64,000 nucleotides of DNA from Candidatus Latescibacterota bacterium (GTDB lineage: Bacteria > Krumholzibacteriota > Krumholzibacteriia > WVZY01 > JAKEHA01). The position numbers were made by a program, and so were the translations under genes. Shown piece by piece: positions 49,239 to 58,457 of the stretch (positions are counted from its first letter, which is position 1; each line of letters begins with the position of its first letter). Where the stretch lies: NCBI GenBank assembly GCA_963707635.1, contig OY970173.1, positions 1,728,001-1,792,000 on the forward strand, written 5' to 3'. The notes beneath the pieces were generated by a model, which did not search any database, was not told the origin of the DNA, and was given only the letters and a program-made list of their open reading frames with translations.

Positions 49239-51265
49239 GGTTTTCTTTCCCGCAGCACCCGCCGCATGACCTTGTTGGATGCGGTCCGCGGCAGGGAATC
49301 GACCACGCGGACCTCGTGGACTCGAAACAGCGGGTTCAGCGTGCGTGAGATGGTCTCCTGCGCGGCGCGCTTGATCGCCTCCGGTGGCGTTGCATTCGCG
49401 GCCACCACGTAGAGCACCAGCAAGCTCGGCCCGCCGCCCGGCGGGTCCACTGCGATCGCCGCCGCGTCGGTGATCCCGTCCATCGTCATGACCACCCGCT
49501 CGATCTCCGCCGAGCTGACTTTGATCCCGCCCAGGTTCATGGTGTCGTCGGCGCGGCCGTGGGCGCGGTAGTAGCCGTTGGGCAGCAACTCCATCTCGTC
49601 CCCGTGCCGGCGCAGCGTCTCGTCGCGCAGGCCGCGCGGGGTGTCTTGGTAATAGACCTCGTGGTGGTCCCGGTTGAGCAACGACACCGACAGACCGATC
49701 GACGGCGGCACCACATACAGCTCGCCCTGTCTGGTCGGGCACCCGCGCTCGTCCAGGATGGCGATGTCGAGCCCGAGCGTCGGTGTCGAGAATGTGGCCG
49801 GCGAGGCCGGCTGCACCAGCGTCTGGGTGATGTACCCGCCGCCGATCTCGGTCCCGCCGCAGTACTCGATCACGGGCCGGTAGCGCGCCCGCGCCATGAG
49901 CCAGAGATAGTCGTCGGCGTTGGACGCTTCTCCCGTCGAGCTGAACGCGCGGATCCCCGACCAGTCGCACCCGTCGGTCATGCCGTGCGCGCGCCACGCC
50001 TTGACCAGGCTCGGCACCACGCCCAGCATGCGCACGCGCGCCGCCTCGACGAAGCGGCAGAACTCGGACGTGTTGGCGGCGCCGTAGTAGAGGCCCATAG
50101 TTGCCCGGTTAGCAAGGCTCGCGTAGATGAGCCACGGTCCCATCATCCAGCCGAGGTTGGTCGGCCACGCCACCACCTCGCCGGCGTGGATGTCGTGGTG
50201 GTAGTAGCCGTCCATCACGCACTTGATCGGTGTGGTGTGCGACCACGGGATCGCCTTGGGCTCGCCGGTGGTGCCGGACGAGAAGAGAATATTGGTGGTG
50301 TCGTCGGGGGCGCCGGCGCGCGCAGTGAAACGATCGTGGCGCGAGAGAAAGCCGCGCCATTCGCGGTCGGTGTCGCGCAGCCTGACCGCCGGCGCGCCGT
50401 CGTGGGCGCAGACGACGCATGCGCGCGCGCCCGCCTCGACCAGCTTGGCGTGCATCGGGAGCGTCTTCCCGGCGCGGACGACGACGTCCTGCGTGACCGC
50501 GACCTCGGCGCCCGCGATCCGCATGCGGGTGCGGATTTCTTCCGGGGCGAAGCTGTCCGCGATCGAGACCACGACGCACCCCGCCTTGACGATGCCCAGA
50601 TAGGCCACCACCGCTTCGACCGTCATCGGCATCGCGATCGCCACCGCGGCGCCCGGCATCACGCCGAATCCCGAGAGCCCGTTGGCGAATCGGTTCGAGA
50701 GCACGTCGAGGTCGCCGTAGGAGAGCGACTCGATCCGGCCGCCCTCGCGCTGAAAGACGATCGCCGTCGCGTCGCGCCGCGCCAGAAAGCAGCTCTCGGC
50801 GATGTTGAGCGACGCCCCCGGCAGCCAGCGCGGTGATTCCACGCCACCCGAAAGGTCCACGATGCTGGCGGGCGCGGTGCGGAAGCGAATCCCGAAGGTG
50901 TCGATGCAGTCCTGCCAGAACTCGGCGCGCTGCTCGACCGACCAGCGGTGGAGCTGCGCGTAGTTCACAAACCCCAGCCGCTCGCACGTGGCCGCGATGT
51001 GGGTGGCCGCCGCTTCTTCCGGCGTGGGCGTCCACGCCGGGCGGGGGCCGTCGTCGTCGTCCCAGCCGGCGAACACGGCGTCGTAGGCGAGTCGGTGCAC
51101 GGCGTGCGGGTGTGCGGGATCGAGCAGGTCGCGCGCGACGTGCATCCAGGCGGCGTCCGGCGAGCGGCCCGCGACCGCGGCCTGGAAGCTTTCGAGAAAG
51201 CGGGCGGCGTCGTGCCCCGAGAGGCCCGCGGCCGTCAACTGATCGATGGAGAGGGCAGAAGACAT
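49235..51265 (-). CDS. AMP-dependent acyl-CoA synthetase (acetyl/acetoacetyl-CoA synthetase-like)
   Basis: FSSGTTGEPK, GWMMGPW, CGGTEIGG, GRADDTMNLGG, LPRTASNKVMRR. Confidence 0.9.
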   Translation of the reverse strand: MSSALSIDQLTAAGLSGHDAARFLESFQAAVAGRSPDAAWMHVARDLLDPAHPHAVHRLAYDAVFAGWDDDDGPRPAWTPTPEEAAATHIAATCERLGFVNYAQLHRWSVEQRAEFWQDCIDTFGIRFRTAPASIVDLSGGVESPRWLPGASLNIAESCFLARRDATAIVFQREGGRIESLSYGDLDVLSNRFANGLSGFGVMPGAAVAIAMPMTVEAVVAYLGIVKAGCVVVSIADSFAPEEIRTRMRIAGAEVAVTQDVVVRAGKTLPMHAKLVEAGARACVVCAHDGAPAVRLRDTDREWRGFLSRHDRFTARAGAPDDTTNILFSSGTTGEPKAIPWSHTTPIKCVMDGYYHHDIHAGEVVAWPTNLGWMMGPWLIYASLANRATMGLYYGAANTSEFCRFVEAARVRMLGVVPSLVKAWRAHGMTDGCDWSGIRAFSSTGEASNADDYLWLMARARYRPVIEYCGGTEIGGGYITQTLVQPASPATFSTPTLGLDIAILDERGCPTRQGELYVVPPSIGLSVSLLNRDHHEVYYQDTPRGLRDETLRRHGDEMELLPNGYYRAHGRADDTMNLGGIKVSSAEIERVVMTMDGITDAAAIAVDPPGGGPSLLVLYVVAANATPPEAIKRAAQETISRTLNPLFRVHEVRVVDSLPRTASNKVMRRVLRERKP

Positions 51266-51343
51266 AGGGACGAAACGGCGACGGCTCATTATAATCGCGC
51301 GGTTGCCGGTCACCAACCCGAAAGGAACCGGCGCCGCCATACG

Positions 51344-51931
51344 ATGAACATACGCTCCGTAGAATTCATGGGCTCGTTCGGCCACCCCGGACCGCTCCCT
51401 GACGACCCCCGGCCCGAGGTGGCGTTCTTCGGGCGTTCCAACGTGGGGAAGTCGTCGCTCATCAACACATTGCTCGGAAGGCACGGTGTCGCGCGCATCT
51501 CCAAGACCCCCGGCAAGACCCAGAACGCGAATTTTTTCGAGATCAACAAGGAGTTCCTGCTGGTCGACATGCCCGGTTACGGCTACGCGAAAGTCTCCAA
51601 GGCCGAGCGCGCACGGTTCGTGCGGATCTACGAGCAGTACCTCGAGGCGGACGATCGCCGGTCGGTGCTGGTGCAACTGATCGACGCGCGCCACGAGCCC
51701 ATGGACTCGGACATCGAATCGGTGGAGCGGATGATGCGGACGCGGCGTCCGGTGTGCATCGTGTTCACCAAGTCGGACAAGGTGAGCAAGTCGTCGCTGA
51801 AGGGGAGTATCACCAAAGCGCTGCGCCAATTCAACGCGCGCCCGGAGACGGGCGTGGTGCCGTTTTCGAGCATCACGGGCGCTGGAAAGACCGAATTGTG
51901 GGCCTGGATCGAAGCGCGGCTGGCGCTTTGA
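51344..51931 (+). CDS. engB: Ribosome biogenesis GTPase YihA/YsxC
   Basis: GRSNVGKSSLIN, SKTPGKT, VDMPGYGYAK, TKSDK. Confidence 0.95.
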   Translation: MNIRSVEFMGSFGHPGPLPDDPRPEVAFFGRSNVGKSSLINTLLGRHGVARISKTPGKTQNANFFEINKEFLLVDMPGYGYAKVSKAERARFVRIYEQYLEADDRRSVLVQLIDARHEPMDSDIESVERMMRTRRPVCIVFTKSDKVSKSSLKGSITKALRQFNARPETGVVPFSSITGAGKTELWAWIEARLAL

Positions 51932-51958
51932 AATGGGAGTCGTCTCAGTCGCGTGTTT

Positions 51959-52324
51959 TCAGAGCGAGTAGTATCGTCTGATCCGGGCTCTATCCTCATT
52001 CTCCTGGTCGGCCTTGAAGTAAACCTCGATCAGTTCAATCCGGTCGTTCGCGGCATCGAACGCGTAGATCAGCCGAAGCCCCGTGCGGCCTCCGCGACCC
52101 TTCAAACTGCGGCACGCGAACTTGCGCGCCTTGAACACTGGAAGTCTCACCCTACCCAACCCCTCGACCGCTACGATGCCGGTACTCAAGTTGAGTTTGT
52201 GAAAAGCGAATAGCGACGTATCGATCAGCGTTTCGAGATCTTCCTCCAGAGTTGGATACCGGCGGGCAAGGCGCTTGATGTCTCTGTCGAACTCCGCAAG
52301 CCGCGCGACCTCACGAAACTTCAT
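51959..52324 (-). CDS. RelE/HigB-like toxin
   Basis: EFDRDIKRLARRYPTLEEDL, KGRGGRTGLRLIY, IEVYFKADQEN; overlaps the antitoxin end. Confidence 0.7.
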   Translation of the reverse strand: MKFREVARLAEFDRDIKRLARRYPTLEEDLETLIDTSLFAFHKLNLSTGIVAVEGLGRVRLPVFKARKFACRSLKGRGGRTGLRLIYAFDAANDRIELIEVYFKADQENEDRARIRRYYSL

Positions 52325-53105
52325 CCCCGTCATCCCCATCCGCCCTCACCGAGTACTCGGGTGTCCGATAAAACACCGCCTCGTACGGAATTACCTCACC
52401 ATCATTTGTCGTCAGCCAGGGAATGTCCTTGTGGGAGTAGTCGCTGATCTGGCGAGCGCTCATGTCCGAGAGCCGGTGGAGCACCTCGTTGATCAGATCA
52501 AGCTCCCGGGCGTTCAGTTTCGACAGATCGGGGGCGCGTAGCGGTAGGTACTTCTTCTGCTCGAAATCGAAGTACGGACGCGCTACACGGACGAGCTCAT
52601 TGTTCTTCTCCATCGCCTCGACCAGCGTATGGAACTCCATCGGCGTGGGACCAAAGTGATTCCGCTGGTAGGTCGCTCCGATGAGTTGCTCCTCGTACTT
52701 CTCGTAGTAGTCGAAGTCGATGAAGTAGAGAAGCCTGTACAGGACCGTCTCGCCCATGTTCGGTTTTGCTCCAACGCGGGCGAGAATGAAGAGAAGGACC
52801 TCTCTGAACTTGTCGACGTTCTTCTGGGGCACGGAGATGCGCAGGTCTGCTTCGTTTCGCGCACGACGTCAGCCCCCGCCGGTCTCCAGCACCACGTTCG
52901 GGGCGGACGCCAGCCCGAGGATATGGTCGGTGGTTACCCGGAGAGCCTTCGCGAGGCGGACCAGCTCGTCGGCCGAGACCCGGCGCCGGCCCGTCTCGAT
53001 GGACGTCACGGCGGGGCGGGAGATCCCCAGGACCTTCGCAACGTAGTCCTGCGTCAAGCCGGCTTTTTCACGTAACATCTTGATATTTAGTCCGATATCA
53101 GCCAT
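52311..53105 (-). CDS. XRE-HTH + DUF4065 (Panacea/SocA) antitoxin, interrupted by an in-frame TGA at 52869-52871
   Basis: LREKAGLTQDYVAKVLGISRPAVTSIETG; same frame continues LRISVPQKNVDKF...LLYFIDF...FGPTP...SDYSHKDIPW. Confidence 0.75.
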
Positions 53106-53113
53106 TCAGATTC

Positions 53114-53142
53114 AAGATAACCACAGTACGATTATCTGTCAA
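53114..53142 (-). promoter_or_regulatory. sigma70 promoter of the antitoxin gene, probably leaderless
   Basis: TTGACA-17 nt-TATCTT, then 8 nt to ATG 53105; no SD. Confidence 0.7.
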
Positions 53143-53208
53143 TAGAATGTATTAAAATAATACGCTTGGGCGGATGAGCTGTCGGGGCGTTGCTAAGACT
53201 TCACTCCC

Positions 53209-53243
53209 CAAGTCTTAATAGCTGGGTGCACTATTAAGACTTG
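53209..53243. promoter_or_regulatory. Perfect 13-bp inverted repeat (candidate operator)
   Basis: CAAGTCTTAATAG-9 nt-CTATTAAGACTTG just before ATG 53248. Confidence 0.6.
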
Positions 53244-53247
53244 TTGA

Positions 53248-53412
53248 ATGATGACCAAGACTGACTGGACCCGGGAAGAAGTCGGAGCGACAGTAACGGA
53301 CTACTTCGCGATGCTCGAAGCCGAGTTGCGGGGCGAGCCCGTGAACAAGGCGGAGCACAACCGAAACCTCCGAAAGATCGTCCACCGCCTCTTCGAGGCG
53401 AGGGTGAAATAG
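53248..53412 (+). pseudogene. Truncated N-terminus of a DUF3883/HNH-type nuclease-like protein
   Basis: 54 aa: MMTKTDWTREEVGATVTDYFAMLEAELRGEPVNKAEHNRNLRK..., then premature stop; below the ORF-track size cutoff. Confidence 0.55.
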
Positions 53413-53583
53413 GGGTCCGTCCTGTCGAACCCGAAAATAAGGCGCGTCGCTATTAGCGAAAACCCCCTCAAATGAAAATAGGAAAATTCCCGCAGGGCGC
53501 CTATAATGACGGGCCATCAGGCGACTCGGCCCGCCGCTCGCGGGTACCGGGCCCCCGTCCAGAACAGGAGCCAGTTCAGTCCA

Positions 53584-54744
53584 ATGAGACCTCCCAAGCT
53601 GTTCACCCCCGGCCCCACCGCCGTCCCCTCCGAAGTGCTGGAAACCCAGGCGCGGCCCCTCATCCATCACCGCACCGAGGAGTTCCGCGCCGCGCACCGC
53701 GCCGTCATGGAGGGACTCCAGTACATCCTGCGCACCAAGAACCCCGTCGCGGTCCTCACCGCGTCCGGCTCCGGGGCCATGGAAGCGGCCGTCGTCAACC
53801 TCACCAAGCCCGGCGAGACCGTCATCGTCACCGAGGTCGGCAAGTTCAGCGAGCGCTGGCGCTCGATCGCCGACGCGTACGGAGTACGCGTCGTGAAAGT
53901 CGAGGCCGAGTACGGCAAGGTCGTCACCGCCGAGCAGGTCGAGACCGCGTTCAAGCAGAACCCGGCCGCGAGCGTGCTTTTCACCACACATTCCGAGACC
54001 TCGACCGGCGTGCTGTTGAATGTGGCCGCGTTCGCGCGGGTCGCGCGCTCGCACAATGCACTCATCGTGGTGGACGCGATCACCAGCGCGGGCTGTCACG
54101 ACGTCCGCACCGACGAGTGGGGCCTCGACGCCGTCGTCGGCGGCTCGCAGAAGGGCGTCATGATCCCGCCCGGGCTCGCGTACATCGCGCTCTCCGAGCG
54201 CGCGCTCGCCAAGATGCGCGCCGGCCGGCATCCCGTCTACTACTTCGATTTGTTGAAAGCGGTGGCATCGGCGGAGAAGGCCGACACGCCCTACACCCCC
54301 GCCATCACGCTCGTCTTCGCGCTCCAGACCGCGCTCGAGATGATGCGCGCCGAGGGGATCGAGAACGTCATCGCGCGCCACGAGACCAACGCGCGCGCCG
54401 TGCGCGCCGCGGTCACCGCGATGGGCTTGAAGCTCCTCGCCGAGGTGCCGTCCAATGCGGCCACCGCCGTGCTCACCCCCGGCGACTCGGCCGGGAAGAT
54501 CACCAGGCACATCGAGAAGACCTACGGGGTCAAGATCGCGGGCGGGCAGGGGACCGTGCAGGGGAAGATCGTCCGCATCGGCCACCTCGGCTACTACGAC
54601 GAGACCGACATGTACACCGTGATCTCCGCGTTCGAGGCGACCCTCAACGACCTGGGGCTGGCGCAGACCTTCGGCAAGGGCGTGGAGGCGCTGCGGCGTT
54701 CGTTCGTCGACTCGCGGAGTGTGACGGCGCGAGGCGGCCGGTGA
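53584..54744 (+). CDS. Class V PLP aminotransferase (alanine-glyoxylate/serine-pyruvate family); probable phosphoserine aminotransferase substitute
   Basis: LFTPGPT, HSETSTGV, VDAITS, GSQKG, RIGHLG; coupled to serA-like gene; TATAAT at 53502-53507. Confidence 0.88.
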   Translation: MRPPKLFTPGPTAVPSEVLETQARPLIHHRTEEFRAAHRAVMEGLQYILRTKNPVAVLTASGSGAMEAAVVNLTKPGETVIVTEVGKFSERWRSIADAYGVRVVKVEAEYGKVVTAEQVETAFKQNPAASVLFTTHSETSTGVLLNVAAFARVARSHNALIVVDAITSAGCHDVRTDEWGLDAVVGGSQKGVMIPPGLAYIALSERALAKMRAGRHPVYYFDLLKAVASAEKADTPYTPAITLVFALQTALEMMRAEGIENVIARHETNARAVRAAVTAMGLKLLAEVPSNAATAVLTPGDSAGKITRHIEKTYGVKIAGGQGTVQGKIVRIGHLGYYDETDMYTVISAFEATLNDLGLAQTFGKGVEALRRSFVDSRSVTARGGR

Positions 54745-55700
54745 AGCGCGTTCTTCTGACCGACAATATTTCGGCCGAGGCCGTGCGCGTCCTCGAGGCA
54801 TTCGGCGGGATCGAGACCATCGCCACCGGGACCCCGGCGCCCGACGGGCTGGTCGGCATGATTCCGGACTTCGACGCCATCATCGTCCGCAGCCCCACTA
54901 AGGTGACCGCCGCCGTCATCGAGGCGGGGACGAAGCTACGCTTCATCGGACGCGCCGGCGTGGGCGTGGACAACATCGACGTCGCCGCGGCCACCCGCCG
55001 CGGCATCACCGTCATCAACTCGCCGCGGAGCAACATCATCTCCACCGCCGAGCACACCCTCGCCATGATGCTCGCCCTCGCGCGCGAGATCCCGCGGGCG
55101 CACGCGTCGGTGACGTCGGGGAAGTGGGAGCGCGACACGTTCCAGGGCGTCGAGCTGTCCGGGAAGACCCTCGGCATCGTCGGGCTCGGGAAGGTGGGGC
55201 ATGAGGTGGCCAAGCGCGCGGTCGCGTTCGGGATGAACGTGATTGCCTGCGACCCCGTCATTACCGATGCGGACGCCTGGGCCGTTGGGGCGAAACTGGT
55301 GCCCCTCAAGACCCTGCTCAAGGAAAGCGACTGGATCACCGTCCACGTGCCGCTGGAAGCCGGGACGCGCGGCCTCATCGGGGCCCGCGAGATTGAGGCC
55401 ATGAAGGTGGGCGTCTTCGTCGTCAACTGCGCGCGCGGCGGCGTGGTGGACGAGGAGGCGCTGGCCGACGCGCTCGAGGCCGGGAAGGTGTCCGGCGTGG
55501 CGTTCGATGTGTACGAGAAGGAGCCGCCGGACGTCCGGAATCGCCTGTTCAAGCATCCGCGCTCCGTGTTCGCCCCGCACCTCGGGGGCACGACGGCAGA
55601 CGCGCAGCTCCGCGTGGCGACGGATGTAGCGGAGTCGATCGGGATGGCGCTGGTGAGGGGGGAGGTTAGGGATGGGGTGAATATGGTGCATGGACGATAA
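54741..55700 (+). CDS. serA: D-3-phosphoglycerate dehydrogenase-like enzyme, short form without ACT domain
   Basis: GRAGVGVDNID, STAEHT, GLGKVG, NCARGG, APHLGG; GTG overlaps upstream stop. Confidence 0.8.
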   Translation: MKRVLLTDNISAEAVRVLEAFGGIETIATGTPAPDGLVGMIPDFDAIIVRSPTKVTAAVIEAGTKLRFIGRAGVGVDNIDVAAATRRGITVINSPRSNIISTAEHTLAMMLALAREIPRAHASVTSGKWERDTFQGVELSGKTLGIVGLGKVGHEVAKRAVAFGMNVIACDPVITDADAWAVGAKLVPLKTLLKESDWITVHVPLEAGTRGLIGAREIEAMKVGVFVVNCARGGVVDEEALADALEAGKVSGVAFDVYEKEPPDVRNRLFKHPRSVFAPHLGGTTADAQLRVATDVAESIGMALVRGEVRDGVNMVHGR

Positions 55701-55750
55701 CAGGTGGTCATTTGTGCTTGAACTGTCTATCGGGTCCTAAAGGCGGCGCT

Positions 55751-55999
55751 ATGAAGAAGCCATCTAGGACCGCCCCGCGAAAGACGGGCGACACCATGCG
55801 CCCGGAGTACGACTTCTCGAAAGGCGTGCGCGGGAAATATGCCGCACGATTCGCCGCGGGAACTAACGTGGTGATTCTCGACCCGGATGTTGCCGACCTG
55901 TTTCCGACCTCGGCCGCCGTTAACGACGCTCTGCGCGCTCTTGCGAAGATCATCCGCAGCACGCGGGCCCGGCGGCGGCGAAGCCGGAAGAGCGCATAA
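55751..55999 (+). CDS. BrnA-like antitoxin (orphan)
   Basis: MRPEYDFSKGVRGKY, LDPDVA..F, AVNDALR. Confidence 0.65.
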   Translation: MKKPSRTAPRKTGDTMRPEYDFSKGVRGKYAARFAAGTNVVILDPDVADLFPTSAAVNDALRALAKIIRSTRARRRRSRKSA

Positions 56000-56353
56000 C
56001 TGGCCCGCCAATCTCGACCCGGTTCCTCCCATACGCGCGCGACCCCAATGGCGCCTACGGCGAGCTGGTCGACTGCCTCGTGAACGACATCACGCAGGAC
56101 TTCTGCGTCTCGTACGTGCGGCAGTAGCCGCCCTGCGTTCCGCAATCCGGTCTCGCACCTATCGGCTTTTCGGCCATCGCATTAGGAACTTGAGGCCACG
56201 ATCCGTGACCTCGAGGCACATCCGGCGCGGGCATCCCCTTTGCTAGTTCTGGACGAACCTCCCGGTACATCGATTTCTCAGCCACATCGGGCCCCCCCGC
56301 GGCCGGTTGTGAATTACGCCGGTCACCACCGCGATTCGAACCAAGGAGCCATC

Positions 56354-57637
56354 ATGAGAGCTCGTTACGCACCTCTGATCCTTCCCGTCCTCTTCTGCGC
56401 ATGCGCGAGCGTGGACGTGCAGCCGATGCTTCGAGACTACGACAATTATGATAAGGACCTGCGTGCGGTGTCGACCGACGCGCAAGCCCTCAAGACCCTG
56501 GACGCGGGTCAGGCGAAGCGCGCCGCGGCGGGTTCCCTGGCCGAGCAGGGAAGGACGACGGAAGCCGTGCCGGTGGCGGAGCAGGCGCTGGCGGATGCGC
56601 GCCTCGCGGTCGAAATAGACGGAATGAACGCTTCCGCGCGCCGCGCGGAGACGTGCCGACTCGAGGTCGAGCAAGCGCGCGTGAAGTGGAGCGAGGCGGT
56701 CTTCGTCCTGACGCAGACCGAGGAATTCGTCGGCAAGAAGGCATCGCTCGAGACGCGTGCGCCGGAATCGGCGAAATCGGAGCCGGTGCTCCCGGGAACG
56801 ACGCTCACGCCGGACTCGTTTCCTCCCGCCACGATGGGTAACGTGACCTCCCAGTGGTCCGCCTGGCGTCAGGCGGCCACGGAACGCAAGATCCCGGTCG
56901 GGGACCTGGAGAGCGCGTACCTGCAAAACACGGCTGCGACCCACAAGGGACATGTCAATCCGGCCACCCTTGCCCACCAGCGCTATCTGGCGGCGCGCGC
57001 GGTTCAGTCGCTGGAGTGCCGGGTGCGCGCCGACGTGAACGAGGACGTGTGCTCCGAGGCCACGCAGCAGACGGCCGCGTTCGGGGATGCGCGCGTGGAA
57101 GCGCTACGCGCGGCGCTGGAGCTGGAGCGCGGGCTCAAGGAGAACCTGCGCGACGAGCTGGCGCAACTGCGCAAGGAGGCCAAGACGCGGCAGGATGAAC
57201 TCTACGGCGCCTTGAGTCAGATGGAAGGGAAGTTCGCGAGCATCCGCCGCGACGCCCGCGGTACCATCGTGAGTCTGGCGGACATCCTCTTCGACTTCGA
57301 CAAGGCGACGCTCCGGCGCGACGTGGAATTCAACCTGGTCAAGATCGCGACCATCCTGAATCAGTTCGCGGAGATGAACGTGGTCATCGAAGGGCACACG
57401 GATAACATCGGCACCGACGAGTACAACCTGGGCCTTTCGCAGCGACGGGCGCAGGCGGTCGATGAGTTCCTGGTCTCACAGGGTGTCAACAAGAAGCGCT
57501 TGAGCTGGGAGGGGTATGGCGAGGGCCGCCCGGTCGCCGAGAACGACACCGACGAGAATCGGCAGAAGAACCGGCGCGTGGACCTGGTCATCCAGGACAA
57601 GAAGTCCGAGGTCTCTTCGACGAAGCGCAAGCCGTAG
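56354..57637 (+). CDS. OmpA-family lipoprotein with helical/coiled-coil N-terminal region
   Basis: AAGGAG RBS, lipobox-like FCAC, ILFDFDKA, IEGHTD, LSQRRAQAV, NRRVD. Confidence 0.88.
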   Translation: MRARYAPLILPVLFCACASVDVQPMLRDYDNYDKDLRAVSTDAQALKTLDAGQAKRAAAGSLAEQGRTTEAVPVAEQALADARLAVEIDGMNASARRAETCRLEVEQARVKWSEAVFVLTQTEEFVGKKASLETRAPESAKSEPVLPGTTLTPDSFPPATMGNVTSQWSAWRQAATERKIPVGDLESAYLQNTAATHKGHVNPATLAHQRYLAARAVQSLECRVRADVNEDVCSEATQQTAAFGDARVEALRAALELERGLKENLRDELAQLRKEAKTRQDELYGALSQMEGKFASIRRDARGTIVSLADILFDFDKATLRRDVEFNLVKIATILNQFAEMNVVIEGHTDNIGTDEYNLGLSQRRAQAVDEFLVSQGVNKKRLSWEGYGEGRPVAENDTDENRQKNRRVDLVIQDKKSEVSSTKRKP

Positions 57638-57668
57638 AGCCGCGGGCGCTGCCGGTGCCAAGGGGTCC

Positions 57669-57721
57669 GAAAGATGGTGTTGCTGAAGTAGCACTATGCC
57701 TACTTCAGCAGCACCATTTTC
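57669..57721. repeat. Long imperfect hairpin (REP-like or terminator); left arm recurs at 58815-58855
   Basis: AAGATGGTGTTGCTGAAGTAG-8 nt-CTACTTCAGCAGCACCATTTT, both mismatches G-U compatible. Confidence 0.65.
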
Positions 57722-57755
57722 TTGATGGGTCACTACCAGAAGCCATTTCTCGCTC

Positions 57756-57784
57756 TTGACATCCGTTACCGTGCACGGTAACGT
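57756..57784 (+). promoter_or_regulatory. sigma70 promoter with embedded perfect 20-bp palindromic operator
   Basis: TTGACA-17 nt-TAACGT; CGTTACCGTGCACGGTAACG at 57764-57783. Confidence 0.75.
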
Positions 57785-57790
57785 ATGGGC

Positions 57791-57985
57791 GTGGGGAAGG
57801 TGCGGCGGGGCAACTACGTGTTCGTAACCTGGTCAGGCGACCACACCCCGCGGCACGTTCACGTCTACAGGAAGGGTCGGCTTGTTCTCAAATGGGATCT
57901 TGAGAACGACCTCGCAATGAAGGGCAAACCAAGTGCGCAAGTGCTGCGCCTGATCTCGGAACTGCGCAAGGAAGGTCTCCTGTGA
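57791..57985 (+). CDS. Small DUF4160/HicA-like putative toxin
   Basis: GDHTPRHVHV motif; GTG 57791 preferred over ATG 57785 from promoter spacing; GTGA overlap with next gene. Confidence 0.65.
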   Translation: MGKVRRGNYVFVTWSGDHTPRHVHVYRKGRLVLKWDLENDLAMKGKPSAQVLRLISELRKEGLL

Positions 57986-58452
57986 AAATCCAGGCGGTGC
58001 ACTTCAACAATCGTAAGAAGGCATTTGAGGTCCGCATGCGGAACCGTGTGTTCGTCTACCCGTACGCGCGCCTGGAACGCGGGCCGCTGCGCGGCGACAT
58101 GGTCCGAGAGGTGTATGTTGATCCGGAACTCGGACGCGAAGGATTCTCGTACGTGCTCGACTCCGGCCGGGAAGGGACCATCCACGCCGAGCAGGTCCTG
58201 GACTACAATGAAGATCCGGACTATCTGCGCAAGGCCCTGCTGTACAAGCTCACGGTGGAAGCGCAGAAGCGCCTGGAAGGTAGCTCATTGAGCAGGCGCG
58301 AGATCATCCGGCGACTGGGGACCTCTGCCACGCAGTTCTATCGACTTCTCGACCAGACGAACACGCGCAAGTCGATCGGGCAGCTTCTATCGTTGCTTCA
58401 CATCCTGGATTGTGACGTCGATTTGGTGGTCAAGCGGCGCAGGTCCGCCTAG
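57982..58452 (+). CDS. Putative antitoxin: DUF2442-like N-terminus + XRE HTH
   Basis: LSRREIIRRLGTSATQFYRLLD...LLHILDCDVDL; coupled to the toxin. Confidence 0.65.
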   Translation: MKIQAVHFNNRKKAFEVRMRNRVFVYPYARLERGPLRGDMVREVYVDPELGREGFSYVLDSGREGTIHAEQVLDYNEDPDYLRKALLYKLTVEAQKRLEGSSLSRREIIRRLGTSATQFYRLLDQTNTRKSIGQLLSLLHILDCDVDLVVKRRRSA

Positions 58453-58457
58453 AACCG

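Noticed and set aside
52869..52871. In-frame TGA as selenocysteine or a variant genetic code
   Set aside because: It lies in a variable linker with no redox motif; TGA is a normal stop in many genes here
53508..53560. GACGGG...CCCGTC hairpin upstream of the serC-like/serA pair as a riboswitch
   Set aside because: Short GC-rich pairing expected by chance; no ZTP, glycine or THF consensus recognised
53472..55700. 742-aa ORF with SerA at the C-terminus
   Set aside because: The N-terminal part is off-frame over the aminotransferase; the real start is GTG 54741
56055..56285. Small Cys-containing minus-strand ORF
   Set aside because: No recognisable family and it overlaps the probable OmpA promoter region; cannot be supported
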